From: Geosiphon pyriformis uo1
Lineage: Eukaryota; Fungi; Glomeromycota
DNA: 64,000 bases
NCBI GenBank assembly: GCA_016748015.1
Contig: JAAOMT010000295.1
Location: 558,001 to 622,000, forward strand
Direction: 5' to 3'
Shown: positions 24,936 to 37,300 of the stretch, piece after piece
Position numbering within the stretch: the stretch's first letter is position 1
How the letters are laid out: each line of letters starts with the position of its first letter
Translations under genes and position numbers: made by a program
Notes under the pieces: generated by a model
Told to the model about the DNA's origin: nothing
Databases searched by the model: none
The model's input: the letters and a program-made list of their open reading frames with translations, nothing else

Positions 24936-27626
24936 TTACTGGATGGTAAGTCTAAAGAAAGTATTGGCATTTTGATGATTTGCTCCTTTGCAGTATTGAA
25001 TATCATAGTCAAATTCGTCCAAGTGGAGTATCTAGCAAGTTATTTATTTGTGTTTCAGCTTCTTTTTCTTGCACAGCCAAACCAAGGCTTAATGATCTGT
25101 TACCACTAAGAATTTTGCACCAAAAAGATATTGATCCCAGTAGTTGGTAGCCCAAACTACTGCTAAACATTCTTGTTCAGTAACTGAATAGTTCTTTTCT
25201 GTTGGTGTGAGGGATCTACTTGTATATGCTATGGCATGTTCTCTGTCATTTTCATCTTTCTGTAAAAAAACAGCACCAAGTCTATAGCCAGATGCATCAA
25301 TGTGAAGGATAAAAGATTGGTCCAGATCAGATTGTTTAAGAATTGGTTTAGTAACAAGTTTTTTCTTTAAAAATTCAAAAGCTTTTTGTTGATGAGTGCC
25401 TTAGTAATAATTAACATTTTTCTTGAATAGCTGATTAAAAGAAAAGACAATTTTGGAAAAATTCTTGATAAATTTGTGATAGTAAGAGGCCAAACCAAGG
25501 AAAGAGCATAGTTTAGGAACATTTATTAGTTGTCTAATGTTTTGAACTTTTTCAACTTTAGCTGGATCAGGAAAGATTCCATCTTTTGTAACAAGATGAC
25601 TAAGAAATTGGGTGGATTGGCATCCAAAGAAAGATTTGATTGGGTTGATCTTAAGACCAGCATTTCTGAACAGGTTAAAAACCTTCTGTAAATATTCAAG
25701 ATATTTATCCCAGGTTTTTGAATATACTATTATGTTGTCTAAGTAAACCAGAACAAAGTTTTTTTTTACTGATTCAAACACTTTATCCATTAGGCATTGA
25801 AAGGTGGAAGGAGCATTGGTGAGACCAAAAGACATGACTGTGAATTCATAGGTGCCATACTTAGTGATAAAAGCAGTTTTCTTTCTGTTTTCTGGATCTA
25901 TCTTTACTTGCCAGAATCCAGCAGTTAAGTCAATAGTTGAGAAAAAAGCAGCACTATTGAATTTATCTAGCATTGCATCAATTTTGGAGAGTGGGTATAT
26001 GTTTCTTATAGTGATGGTATTTAGTTGGCGATAGTCAACACAGAAGTGTAGGATTTCACCTTTTTTGAATACCATTACAACTAGAAAAGCCTATTCCCTC
26101 TTGGTTTTTTGTATGAATCCAAGATCTTTTATTTGGTTTATCTCTTTTTTGATAAACTCATCATTGTGTCAATTAGATTAATAAGGCTTCAAATGGATGG
26201 GGTGAGTTTCTTTGGTGGTAATGGTGTGTTGTATCACATGGGTTCATCCAGAGATGTCATCTTCTTTTGAGATAACTGGGCTATTTCTAGCCAACAGATT
26301 TTCAATGTTCACTTTTTTTTTTTCAGAAGAAGGTTCTCTTTGTTCTATAATTAGTGATTGGATTTCAGGTAATTCATTCTCAAAGGACTTTTGTACTTCT
26401 TTAAGTTCTTCTCGAGGTATCAAACTAATTGGTTCCCAATCTTTGTAGTAGATTAAGCAGGATTTGCATTCATCACTTGGTGAATACAAAGGTTTATTAC
26501 ACCAGCACTATGCACAAAAGCCATGTCACCAATAACTGTATTTTGTTTTTTTGCTAAGTTTTCTGTCAAAGGTTTTTCTGAAGATATCATAGTAGAGCCA
26601 GCAGATCAACTTGCCATTTATCATAATTTCTTCTTTGTTAGCTTTAACATTGTCTAATGGCTTGCCATTGCTGGTAAAGATAGTATAGACAAGTTCAGCA
26701 GTTTCTTTTTGTTCTTCTTGATCTTTATTATTACTCTCATCATCATCTGATTCATCTGATTGTTTTTTTTCTTGGTTCTGTTTGGATACTGAAGGAGTTG
26801 TCCAATGACAGCTTTTAATCACAATGGGTTTCTTACCACATCTGATAGTTAGTTTGCAAAGTTTATAGTCAAGTAGTGCTTTGGCTTTCTTAAGCCATTC
26901 ATTATCAACAATGATGATGTACTCTTTTGCTTCAGATATTTCCATATCTGTTTCAATGCTGATACCATTAATGCAAACAGGAATAGCTTTGGCTATGTCC
27001 AGGCCTTTTTTCTTGTTACCATATATATTAGTCATTGGTTTTGTGGAAGACTAATCAATCTTTCTGCCAATTACTTCAAGAAAATGTTTGGCAATTACAC
27101 TAACAGATGATTTATTGTCTAGGATCAGATCAATGAAGTAACCAGCCACTTGGGCTTTATAAATCAAAGGGGTGACATTGCTGTTATCAGCAAGTCCAGC
27201 TTGGCGAGGGCATTTGTTAATCTTTGGTGTCTTTTTTTTTGATATCAATGATTTGTGAAGATCTTTTCTGAATTGTGGATGAGTCATCAGTTGGCCAAAT
27301 ATAATGTGTGCTGGGGTTTCCATAAGATCTTTAACAATGGAATAGAGTCCAGATTTTTGTACAATTTCTGGAGGTTCTAACTTTGGAGGATTTTTAAAAA
27401 TCTTAGTCTTTGGTGGCTCATTGTTATCAGCAGATGATTTGAATGCTTTGTTTAGGTCCAGAACGAAATCAATCTTGGCTTTTTTCTTCTTTCTGGTTGA
27501 TTCAGAGGTGTTGATTGCTAGTTTATTCATATCATGATTATTATCAGTTAGGTTAAAAGCATAAAAGAGGTTTTTTTCTGGTTGGCTTGCACTCTCACCC
27601 TTTGGAGATGCGTCTACCAGTTTAAA
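24936..27626 (-). pseudogene. pol: A2 pol (protease, small Cys cluster, RT, RNase H), in the -1 frame relative to gag
   Basis: ORFs 27051-27530, 26526-27035, 26244-26489, 25401-26075; stop at 24936-24938. Confidence 0.9.
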
Positions 27627-28383
27627 GGCTGATAAACAGTAGCTTCAACTAGAGAATCCTCTCCAAAGAAATTGATGTTGGCATGATTGGTTTTTTGGTT
27701 GGGAACATTATTGTTAATGATTCTGTTGTTTTAATTGTTATTGTTTCTAGAAGCTGGAGGGGGCAATGGAGAATTGTTGCAGTTTCTTGAGAAGTGTTCA
27801 GTTAGTCCACAATAATAGCACACAGGTGGGCCACAATTTTGCTGTCTTTGATATAGTGGTTGTTGGGGCTGATTGAAACAGGGTTCAAATCTGGATCTTT
27901 GGAGTTGTTGAGTTTTTCTAACTGCTTGGGCTAATGGTTCTAATAGCCGGGCAAGATTAGCTGTAAGTCTATCTATTAACTGTTTATTTGGGTTTTGAGT
28001 TTGGACAGCAAAAGAGATAGCAGCCATTTGGAGAGCAGAAGCCATAACAGGAGCAGAAGCAAAAACTGGAAGTGTGGATCCTAAGTGCATTCTTTGATTG
28101 TCTTTTATTCTCTAAGCAAGTTCAATGGTCATATCCATTGTGAGATTATCTTTCAAGGCCAGGAGAAGCCAAAGAGCATATGATAGATCAGTTTTCAGTC
28201 CTTTTGTAAAGAAATGTATTTTCTGCTCTTCTGTCCAATTTCTTCCAAAGTCTATCCATTTAATGAGTTTTCTTATTGCTTTGGCATATTTTGTTACAAC
28301 CTCACCAGGGTCTTGAGTTCTTCTTTCTAATTCCATGCCATTTTGAAATTAAAATGGGAGTTTTAAATTTAGTTTCAAATTGG
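27614..28383 (-). pseudogene. gag: A2 gag C-terminal part
   Basis: ORFs 28112-28336 and 27731-28090 with CYYCGLTEHFSRNC. Confidence 0.88.
27620..27626 (-). other. Putative -1 frameshift heptamer T TTA AAC (A2)
   Basis: cct tta aac tgg tag in the gag frame; -1 frame FKLVDASPKGESASQPE leads into pol. Confidence 0.78.
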
Positions 28384-29249
28384 TGTTATAGGTGACTATT
28401 TCTGGTGTTGGATTAAATAACAAACCTGTAACTTGATGCTCAAATCTAATTACAGTCAATAGTGATCTGAAGGTTTGTGTCTGAAAGGTCTGTATCCAAA
28501 GGGTTTGGTTGAGTTCTTTGTATAATAGACAGAGATTCAATGGTAATAGTTTTATCCGTAGCTTTCTGAAACTGCAGTTTTGTCAATTTCTTTCTCAGCT
28601 TAATGGCTGGTATTCCTCCTGGTAAGCTATCCTTAATCGAGTGTTCTACTCTTATTTCTGGGTCTTTTACCAGTCATGTTTATTCTGACGTCAGTACCCC
28701 ATGTATTAATCCTCAATAGAGTTAGTAAACAACAATAAAATCAAGGCAAGAAATAAAGAAAATAAAATAAAAAAAGAAAAGAAATAAGCCAAGACGATTT
28801 GCAAGTTAGTATTCTGTCAATAGCCATGATCAAGAGCTATTGTTCTAGTGTAGTTAAGTATCAATTACTATCAACATGAAGTGTTAATAGGGGCAGTGGG
28901 TTTGAAATAATAAACAGTTATTTATTTGTGGTTTGGAAAGTTGTCCAGATCAAATCTAAACTGAAAGGTCTGTTTTTTTAGCTTCTAATCTTACTGCTAT
29001 ATATATATAATTGAGATTCCTCAATTCTTCAATTCTTCACAACAGGAATCTTGGGATTCTTGGAATCCTACAATTTCTTTGAGAGGAATTCTGGAATTCT
29101 GGAATCCTGTGATTCCTTATAAGAATTCTGTAATTCCTGGAATCCTGCAATTTCTAAGAGAAATCCTAGAATTCTACATTTTACTATGTTTACTTCTGAT
29201 TGGTTAATAACTATGCTAATATATATTCTCTATATTTCTATGAGTAACA
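28384..29249 (-). repeat. B 3' LTR
   Basis: Direct repeat of 37724-38573; PPT aaaaggagggaataa at 29250-29264. Confidence 0.95.
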
Positions 29250-29262
29250 TTATTCCCTCCTT

Positions 29263-29892
29263 TTAATATTGAGCTCTGTCGAAATCTAACTCTGTTAATT
29301 CCCCTTCTTGAAGTATTTTCTGAATTTTATTTTTGAGAATTAATTGTGTTATTTGAGTCTGTAATTCTTCAAATTGAATGTTGGTGATCTTTTCTAATTG
29401 ATTACTGGTAACCATATTTATTGCTTTGTTGAGTAAGATTTCTGTTCAATCCTGAAATGCTGTATGTATTCAGTATATGGCTTGGGCCTGTGTGGATAAG
29501 TTGTTCTTTCCTACAAAGTGTTTTAATTGTTGTAGTATTCTTGTGTCGAATAATCACTTTGTTTTATCTGTATATAGATTCTGGATATTCATGTGTTGTC
29601 CCAAGTAAAAATAACAATAGTTTCTTGGAAATTGTTGTATCCACCAATTCCAAGTTTCTTTAGTTAACTCTTGGTATAGTGACTCTTTTGTCAACTCTTT
29701 TATTACTAATTTTACTTTTGCAATGATTTTGTCAACAGTATTTTCTGTTTTCTTCTGTGTTCTATGTGGCGATGTCTTTTTAGTGTCTTGATATCAGATG
29801 GTTTGTTGATTAATTGTAATTTCCATCTCTTGGTGTTGAATTAATTGAAAGAGTTGTTGTGTTTGTGAGTAGATGTTGTCTGTAATTTCCAT
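29263..29892 (-). pseudogene. B ORF3 (209 aa; four TGA stops, probably from CGA)
   Basis: MEITDNIY...DFDRAQY*, single frame, homologous to C/G/H ORF3. Confidence 0.8.
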
Positions 29893-29946
29893 TTTTTTGA
29901 TATTTCTTGTTGTATCTACCATGTCTTTATATATTCTTTTGATGAA

Positions 29947-31329
29947 TTAATTTAACATGTTGTTGTTAATGATGATGATTGGTTCCAGATCTCATGGAAT
30001 CTCCTCTGGTTGGACTAGTATCTTTTGTACTCCTAATTGTGAAATATTACTGGTGAATGGTGGTGTGATGTTGTGGTATGGTTTCAGTCGATTTCTATGT
30101 GCTGCTTTGGTTAAGATTTTGTTATCCAGTCTTAATTTGTAAGCTCTATTCCCTAGAATTTCTTCTATGTAAAATGATTCATCTCATTTGGAGTCGAATT
30201 TTTTACTCCATTGTTTTTCCGTTTTGGTATGATGTAAAAGTACTTTGTCTCCAATCTTGAATTCAACTGGTTTGTCTGGTAGTTAATTATCATGTCTTTT
30301 TTTCTGTTTCTCTTGTGACTTTTGTATGTTATCAGCTGCTCTTTTTTGTTTGTTTTCCAATGTTTCCATTAAGTTATATGTTCTTCTTAACAATGTTTCT
30401 TGGAAATTTTCTTCTGTTATTGGTTCAGTTGGATATGTGTTAACCTCTATCTCAATTGGTAATGTTGCTGTTCTACCATATATCAATTTAAATGGTGTTG
30501 CTTGTGTAGTGTCTTGCTTTATTGTCCGATAAGCAAATAATACTGATGGTATGAACAAATCCCATTTGTCCTGGTTTTCTTGGCTGAGTTTCACTATTGC
30601 TTCACACAATGTTCTATTAAATCTTTCAACTAATCCATTGGTTTGTGGATGGTATGGTGATGATAGTAGTCTCTTAATTCCGAATTTTTGGCTTAGTTCT
30701 GTTAATGTTCTATTCACAAAATGAGTTCCTTGGTCTGATAATAGTTCTTTTGAACATCCATGTTAACAAATCAGATCTTGATGGACGAATTTGACAACAG
30801 ATTCTGCATCTGCTCTTTGAATTGCTTTGGCTTCTGGCCATTTAGTAAGATAGTCCATAGCTACTACAATATATCTGTTGTCTCTGCTAGTAATTGTCAA
30901 TGGTCCAACTAAATCAATTCCAATACAGTCAAATAGTTGTCCTACTTTAATTGGTCTCAATGGTTTGCTGGGTCTTGTTCCTCTTCTTTTTTGACAAGCA
31001 TCACAATTTTGCACATATTGGATGATGTCTGGATATATTAATGGCCAATAGTATCTTTTTCTGGTTTTTTCTATGGTTGTTTCTTTATGAAAATGTCCTG
31101 CAGTTGGATTTGAGTGCATGTTGAACAGTATTGTCTCCTTTTCTGGTTCTGTAATTACTCTGGTTGGTTGATCTGAATCTTTTTTATTTTTCCGATAAAG
31201 TATATTTTGGTGAGTAATAAAATATTTGGATTGTTGTTTGATCCTCTTTTGTTTTGTTTGAGATAATTTTTCCTTGAACTGTTGAGTATTTATATAATAT
31301 TGAAGTTGTTGATATTTTTGTGTGTTCAT
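29947..31329 (-). pseudogene. B stand-alone integrase ORF (about 460 aa; HHCC, DDE, GPY/F-like region, no chromodomain)
   Basis: ORFs 30763-31329 and 30283-30717 in frame; MH..GHF..CDAC, GIDLVGPL, SDQG, YHPQTNGLVER. Confidence 0.92.
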
Positions 31330-31390
31330 CTTTTGTTATATTTTTGTGAGTATTGTTTTAGTTTTGTTATATTTTTGGGTTGAAATGTTC

Positions 31391-34300
31391 TTAGATTTGT
31401 CTCATTTGCAACAAACCATTAGCATTTTCATTGTTTTTTCCCTTTTTATAATATATGATATAAGTATATGTTGAAAGAGCCATTTTCTATCTTGACTGTC
31501 TTTTGTCTCCAAATTCTTGTTTTTGGAGTGATGTCAATCTTTTGTGATCTGTGTACACCTCAAACTTTTGGCTCAAGTATTTTTTCTATTTCATAACTGC
31601 CCAATAGATTGCTAGATGTTCTAATTCTAGTGTTTTATAGTTCTTTTCGGCTGAAGTCAAACTTTGGCTGGCATATGTGACTAAATGTTCTCTTCCATCT
31701 AATTCTCTCTGAGATAGTACTGCTCTTAATGCTTAACCTGATGTATCAGTGGTGATAATGAATGATTTACTATGATCTGGATAGATCAATACTGGAGCTT
31801 GAATAAGCTTTCTTCTTAAGATGTCAGATGCTTTTTGCTGGGTTTCAGTCTATTCATACTTTGCATTTTTGGTTTAAAGATCATTGAGTGGTTGTGCTAT
31901 CTTTGAAAAGTTCTTTATGAAGCATCTATAATAGCTCACAAATCCCAAGAATGATTTCAGCTCAGTTACGTTGGTTGGTATTGGAAAGTTCTTTACTATT
32001 TCTATTTTCTCCAGATCTGTTTTTATGCCATCTTTGCTAAATATGTGTTCCAAGAATTTTAGTTCTGTTTTGTCAAAAAAACACTTTGTTGCATTCAATT
32101 TTAATCCTGCTCATCATAGTCTTTCGAACACTTGTTGGAGATGATGTAGATGATCATCAAATGTTTTTAAGAACACATTGGTGTCATCCAAGTATACAAC
32201 CACTGATTTCCATAATAAGCCAGTATATACAATTTCTATTAGCTGTTAGAATGTAGCTGGAGTATTGTTTAAGCCGAATGGCATAACTTCAAACTTAAAG
32301 TTTCCCTCTCTTGTAGTGAATGCCATTTTTTCTTTGTTGGCTTACTTGCCAGTACCCACTATTCAAGTCTAACGTTGAGAACCATTTGTTTTCACCGAAA
32401 GTGTCAAATAGTTCTTGTATTCATGGAGTTGAATAGCTGTCTCCATGAGTTACACTATTGAGTTTTCTGTAGTCTACACAAAATCAGATTTTTCCATTCT
32501 TTTTATGGACGAATACTACTGATGACGACTATGGGCTCATTAATGGCTGAATTAACCTGTTGTCAAGCATTCGGTTGATCTCTTGATAAATGATTTTATG
32601 GCTGGCTGGTGGTACCCTATATGCTTGCTGTTTGATTGGCATTGTATCTCCAGTCTTGATCTGATGCTGGATAATATCAGTTCTGCCAAATTCATTTTTA
32701 CTAGCAAAAATGTTATTGAAATTATTGAGTAACATCTTTAGTTGCATTTGTTGAAGTGGGTCTAGATTTCTTATGTTCATCTGTTCCAATTGTTCTGGCT
32801 GTAACAGATAACATTCATTTTATCTGTAGATAGTTTGTAATGTAATGTCCACATATTCACAAAGCTGTGGAAAATCTGGAATGCTGCTTGGTGCTTGATC
32901 TTCAATTTTCATGGTTAAATATCTGAAAGTGGTTTTTTCTGGTATCTTTACAACATTTTCAGTATTGTTGTAAATGGGAATTTTGATATGGTTATGGCTT
33001 TTGACTGGTATATGTAGATTGATAAGTCCAATTTCTCCTGATTCACAAAGGGTTGCTTCTGCTTCAAAAATCTGTTCTTGCTTCTTTTCTCTTCTTTCTA
33101 TTGCTAATATGTATTGGCTATATGGTGGAATGGAAATTGTTTGACCAGTTGAGATAATTTCTTCTTGGCCAATAATTTCTTCCTCTATCATATTAACTGG
33201 TACATTTATTCTACTCATTAATTCAAATCCCTGTATCCCTTTTGTTGTTATCTCTAATTCTTCTCTATTTTCCACTAACACTAACTGAGCTATTTTAACC
33301 AGAGACAGAAATATTGCCTGTGTTATTCTTTCATTTGGCTCTATAACATAGGTCTTTTCTGAGTCATTTTGTAGTATAGCAATGATATTTCTTATATATC
33401 CTGTATCAATTATTCCTTCTCTGATGTTTATTCCCTTTTTCGCTAAACTACTCCTAGATGCTAATTGAACTATTGTTGTTGCTAGAATTTCCAGTGCTAT
33501 TTTCAGATCAATGCAAATACACGAATGGGGTTCCAATTTGATGGCATTCTTTTCTGGATATCTCAGATCAAATCTTGCATCAGTATCATGCACATGTTCT
33601 GGCATGATACTTTCATTCTTATCACTGAACCATTTCAGTTTTTGCTCTTTGGTGAGATCAGGGAGTGTGATATATTGTTCATAGTTTGAATTAGAGTTTG
33701 AATCTGAGTTGGAATCATTGTCATTGTTATAGCCATTTTGAACGGAGCTGGAACCATTATTTTCATTATTGTTATTGTTAAAGTTTGAATCAGGGTTGGA
33801 ACTCAATTTTGATTCTGATGCACAGCTGTTGATTGGTTCTTCTTCTTTAGGGATTGTGTAGATCATGCGTGGTGGTGGATTGTAAATGAGGTCACAATTA
33901 TCACAAAATTGGAAGTCACATGGAATCAAACAGTAGTCATATAATTGGATGTTGATTTCTTTCAAGCGTTGCTCTTGCTCTTCTCTTGTGGGTGCTAAAT
34001 TCTGATAGTGTTCATAGAATTTTTCTGGGCTGTTTTCTAAGTCAATAAAGGCATCCGGATTGAGAACCAAAACAATGTCTGTTGGTTCTGGAGGGTTATT
34101 CTTGATCTTCAGAATTTCATTGGGTGAAGCACCTTCTATTTTGGCATTGGCCATTCACCAGATCTCATCCTTGTCATGTGGATAGCCGTCTAGGCGGGAT
34201 ATAGCTCAGTGCCATGCTGCTGTGATGAGCGTACCATGACTCACCCAGTCACTAATGAGGATCATGTATTGGCATGAAACATCGCACATTTCTCCTTGAC

Positions 34301-37300
34301 CAGGAATGTTGTTTCACATTTCTTCGTCAAGTAATTGTTCACTGCAAGCAAAACATGGTTTGTTGTCCTACTTGCTTTGTCTTTTTGGGTAGTCATATTG
34401 TTCTCTATGGCAGGGCTTACAATAGTAATGGGTTCACATCCAGTAGTCTTTATCTGATACTATCCAAGCTCCCATTAAGGACAGTTTCTTTTCACAGTCC
34501 TTGCATTTGAAAAGTATATATGACGGCTCTTTTATTGGTTCACGTGAGTATTTCCTTTCCCAGCCACTAGTTATTTTTTTTGCAATGGTGGTTTCTTCAA
34601 GTATGTTTTCTTCCCTTCCTTTTTCTTTTTCCTTGTTTTTTTCTTTCCAATCTAGAATTGATAGCATCTTGCTTTGGTTGTTGTCAGTTCAAGCATTGAT
34701 GATGGCTTCCCAAGTAGATTCTTCTCTTTGTTTCTCCTTTCCATTGTCATTGTTGTCCCAAACAAATATTGGCAGCAGTTCATTGTGGTTGACATTGGCC
34801 CATGAGACTTGGTACGCTTCCCAGGTGGGTTTCACTTTTTCTTTCTTGAATTTGATAAGTGGTGTTGATGGCATAATGATGGGCTTGAAGTGGCCACACG
34901 TGGCTGGTACCCATGTGTGTCAACCATTCTGGCTAAGCTGGAGCTCTTGGGTGTTCCAATCTAAGATTGTATTGGTTTTAAACAGCCAGTTGTTTCCAAT
35001 GAGTGCTTGGTATTAAGTGGCTTCCATAACGAATACTTTGATTGGTACTATGATGCCATTGACTTCTATGGAAAAATCATCAATCTCTTCAATGGGTGTT
35101 TTGGTTGCTCCATCAGCTGTAATAATCCTGGTGCTGGCAGCATAATCAACTCGGTGACCTAATTGATCTATGAGTTGTCTTGTGATGATGCTGCCAGCTG
35201 ATCCACTATCCAGGATCAGTTTGATGGAGTGATTATCAACTTTCACATCAGTGTACATCATGGTGATGAGTTTTTCCTCAAGTGCTGTTCCATTGAACAA
35301 AGATGAGTTGATGGTTTCCTCCAATTCGAAAGGAAAGATGGCTGCAAGAAATTCATTTTTGGTGACCATTGCTGGTGGAATATTGTTGGTAAGTATTGTT
35401 TGAAGTGGGTTGGATTCCGAGTTGTTGGTCATGACATCTTCTGAGATAACCAGAAGACTTAAATAGTTCTGAGAATTTGGGTTTTGGGTGGAACCAGTAC
35501 CTGAATTCTACTGTTAAGAGCCTAATGGTTGGTAAGAGAAGCTGAGGATTAGTTGATGAACAACTATTGCCGATCTCCAGTTTTGAGTGATTCTAGGTCT
35601 TGGGTTTCCTGATGTCATTTGAGTGGGGTTTTAGAGTGGTGTTTGAATTGGTTGTTGGGGCTGATAAATTATTTGGGGCTATGGCTGATAAATTACTGGT
35701 GGCTGCAGTTGATAAATTGAAGATTGATATACTGGTAGTTGATAGATTGGTTGTTGCATTATTGGCAGGTAAGTGGTTTGATATTGGTCTTGATTTGGGT
35801 AGTGATTCTAAGTCTGAAATCTGTGATCAAGATTTTGATATTAATTTCCTGATCATGAATTGTTGCTATAAAATTGACAGTTGGCTCTAATGTAACCTTG
35901 TTTACTACAGTTGTGGCAAACACACATTTCTGGCTGTCACAGCTGATTGGATAATGTTGATGATGATGATATTGATGGACATAGCTGATTTTGGAAACGA
36001 TTCGTGTTTCTTGAATTATTGCATTATTGTGGTAGTTAATAGATTGCATGATTGTCAGCTAAGTATCCCTCTAGTTTCTGATTGATTGTATTACTGAATT
36101 GTTTTAGTTTGGAATCCAAGTCAGATGATCTGTTTATTACTAAATTTACAGCTTGGGCATGATTGGCTTCTAGCTTGGCTGCTTCAAAATCTCTGGTGTG
36201 GTTAATGGCAGTTGGGAGGTTAACTGGATGCATTGGATGTATTCACTAAAGGATGCTACTGTGCAATCCTCTAATGAACTGGTTTAAGATCTGTGGTGCT
36301 GTAAAATAATCAGCTTAGATTGCCTGAATTTGGCACAGATTTCTATAAAAGTGTCCCAAGTAAGTAGTAACTGCTTCTGTGTCCTCTTGTTTGATGGTGG
36401 TAAATGTGTTGGTCAAGTGATTGATACTATTGTTATTACTAAAGTATCTCAAAAATTCTGTTTTAAACTCATTGAAGATTTGTGATTTAGCAGCTAGGCT
36501 CTGATACCACGAGTTAGCAGTATCTTTGAGAAAATAGGGGATTGCTTAAAAGGCTCTACTGTTATTCCATCCATTGGCCACTATGGCTTTTTTAATGTTG
36601 TTGAGCCATATTTGGGCATTGTCCTCTTTGCCAGTAAAATTGTCAAGTTTTGCAATTGGTACATAGGCCATTGGATCTAAGTTGGGTTGTTGTGGTGGTA
36701 GTTGAAATGGTTGTTGTTGTATAGATTGTTAGGGTGGTAATTGAAGTGGCAGTTGTATGAATTCGGCTATTGGATTAATCAGTGGTTGATTGATGACAAT
36801 TACTGGAGATAAGTTTTGTTGATTTATTAAATTGGAGTTTTAATTATTCTGAGTTGGTGGTGTCTGAATATTCAGAGTTTCAATTTCTGGATTTTCTGGG
36901 TTTAGATTTTGCTGGGTTTGAAGATTTGGGGTTTCAAATTCCGAGTTTTCAGTGATTGGGTTCTGGTAAGTGAATTCTTGATTTTTAGCTTCTTTTTTTT
37001 CCTCTTTTTCTGATTTCATTACTTCCTACAAATCAGAAATTCCGAAATCTGAGGGAGGTGGTGGCAATTGAAGTCCTGATGGCATTAATGATTGTGAGTT
37101 AAATCCTTTAAAATACATGCTGTATGGTTCTAATAACTCTGCTTTCCTTTGTTTACTTTGGAATAGGAATTGTTCAAATGCTGATGTTATGTTTAATGTG
37201 GCTGCACCAGTAGATGTAATATTAATGACACTTTCAGGTGTATAGTGGTATGATGGATTAGTTGGGGACTCAACTCTTGTTTTCTTCCAAGTAGGTGATT

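Noticed and set aside
29947-30120. Chromodomain at the integrase C-terminus
   Set aside because: Only a short Pro-containing tail (..EPIIII) follows the GPY/F region; no aromatic-cage pattern.
35505-35520. TAG at the same position in B and C (44994) between gag and protease as a readthrough codon
   Set aside because: CGG, CAG or TGG give TAG by the prevailing transitions, and many neighbouring stops arise the same way; two related copies are not enough evidence.
34274-35890. Antisense ORFs (e.g. 34501-35016, 35600-35890) and those opposite the LINE (62238-62777 and others)
   Set aside because: Shadows of the coding strand with no recognisable motifs and no conservation between copies.
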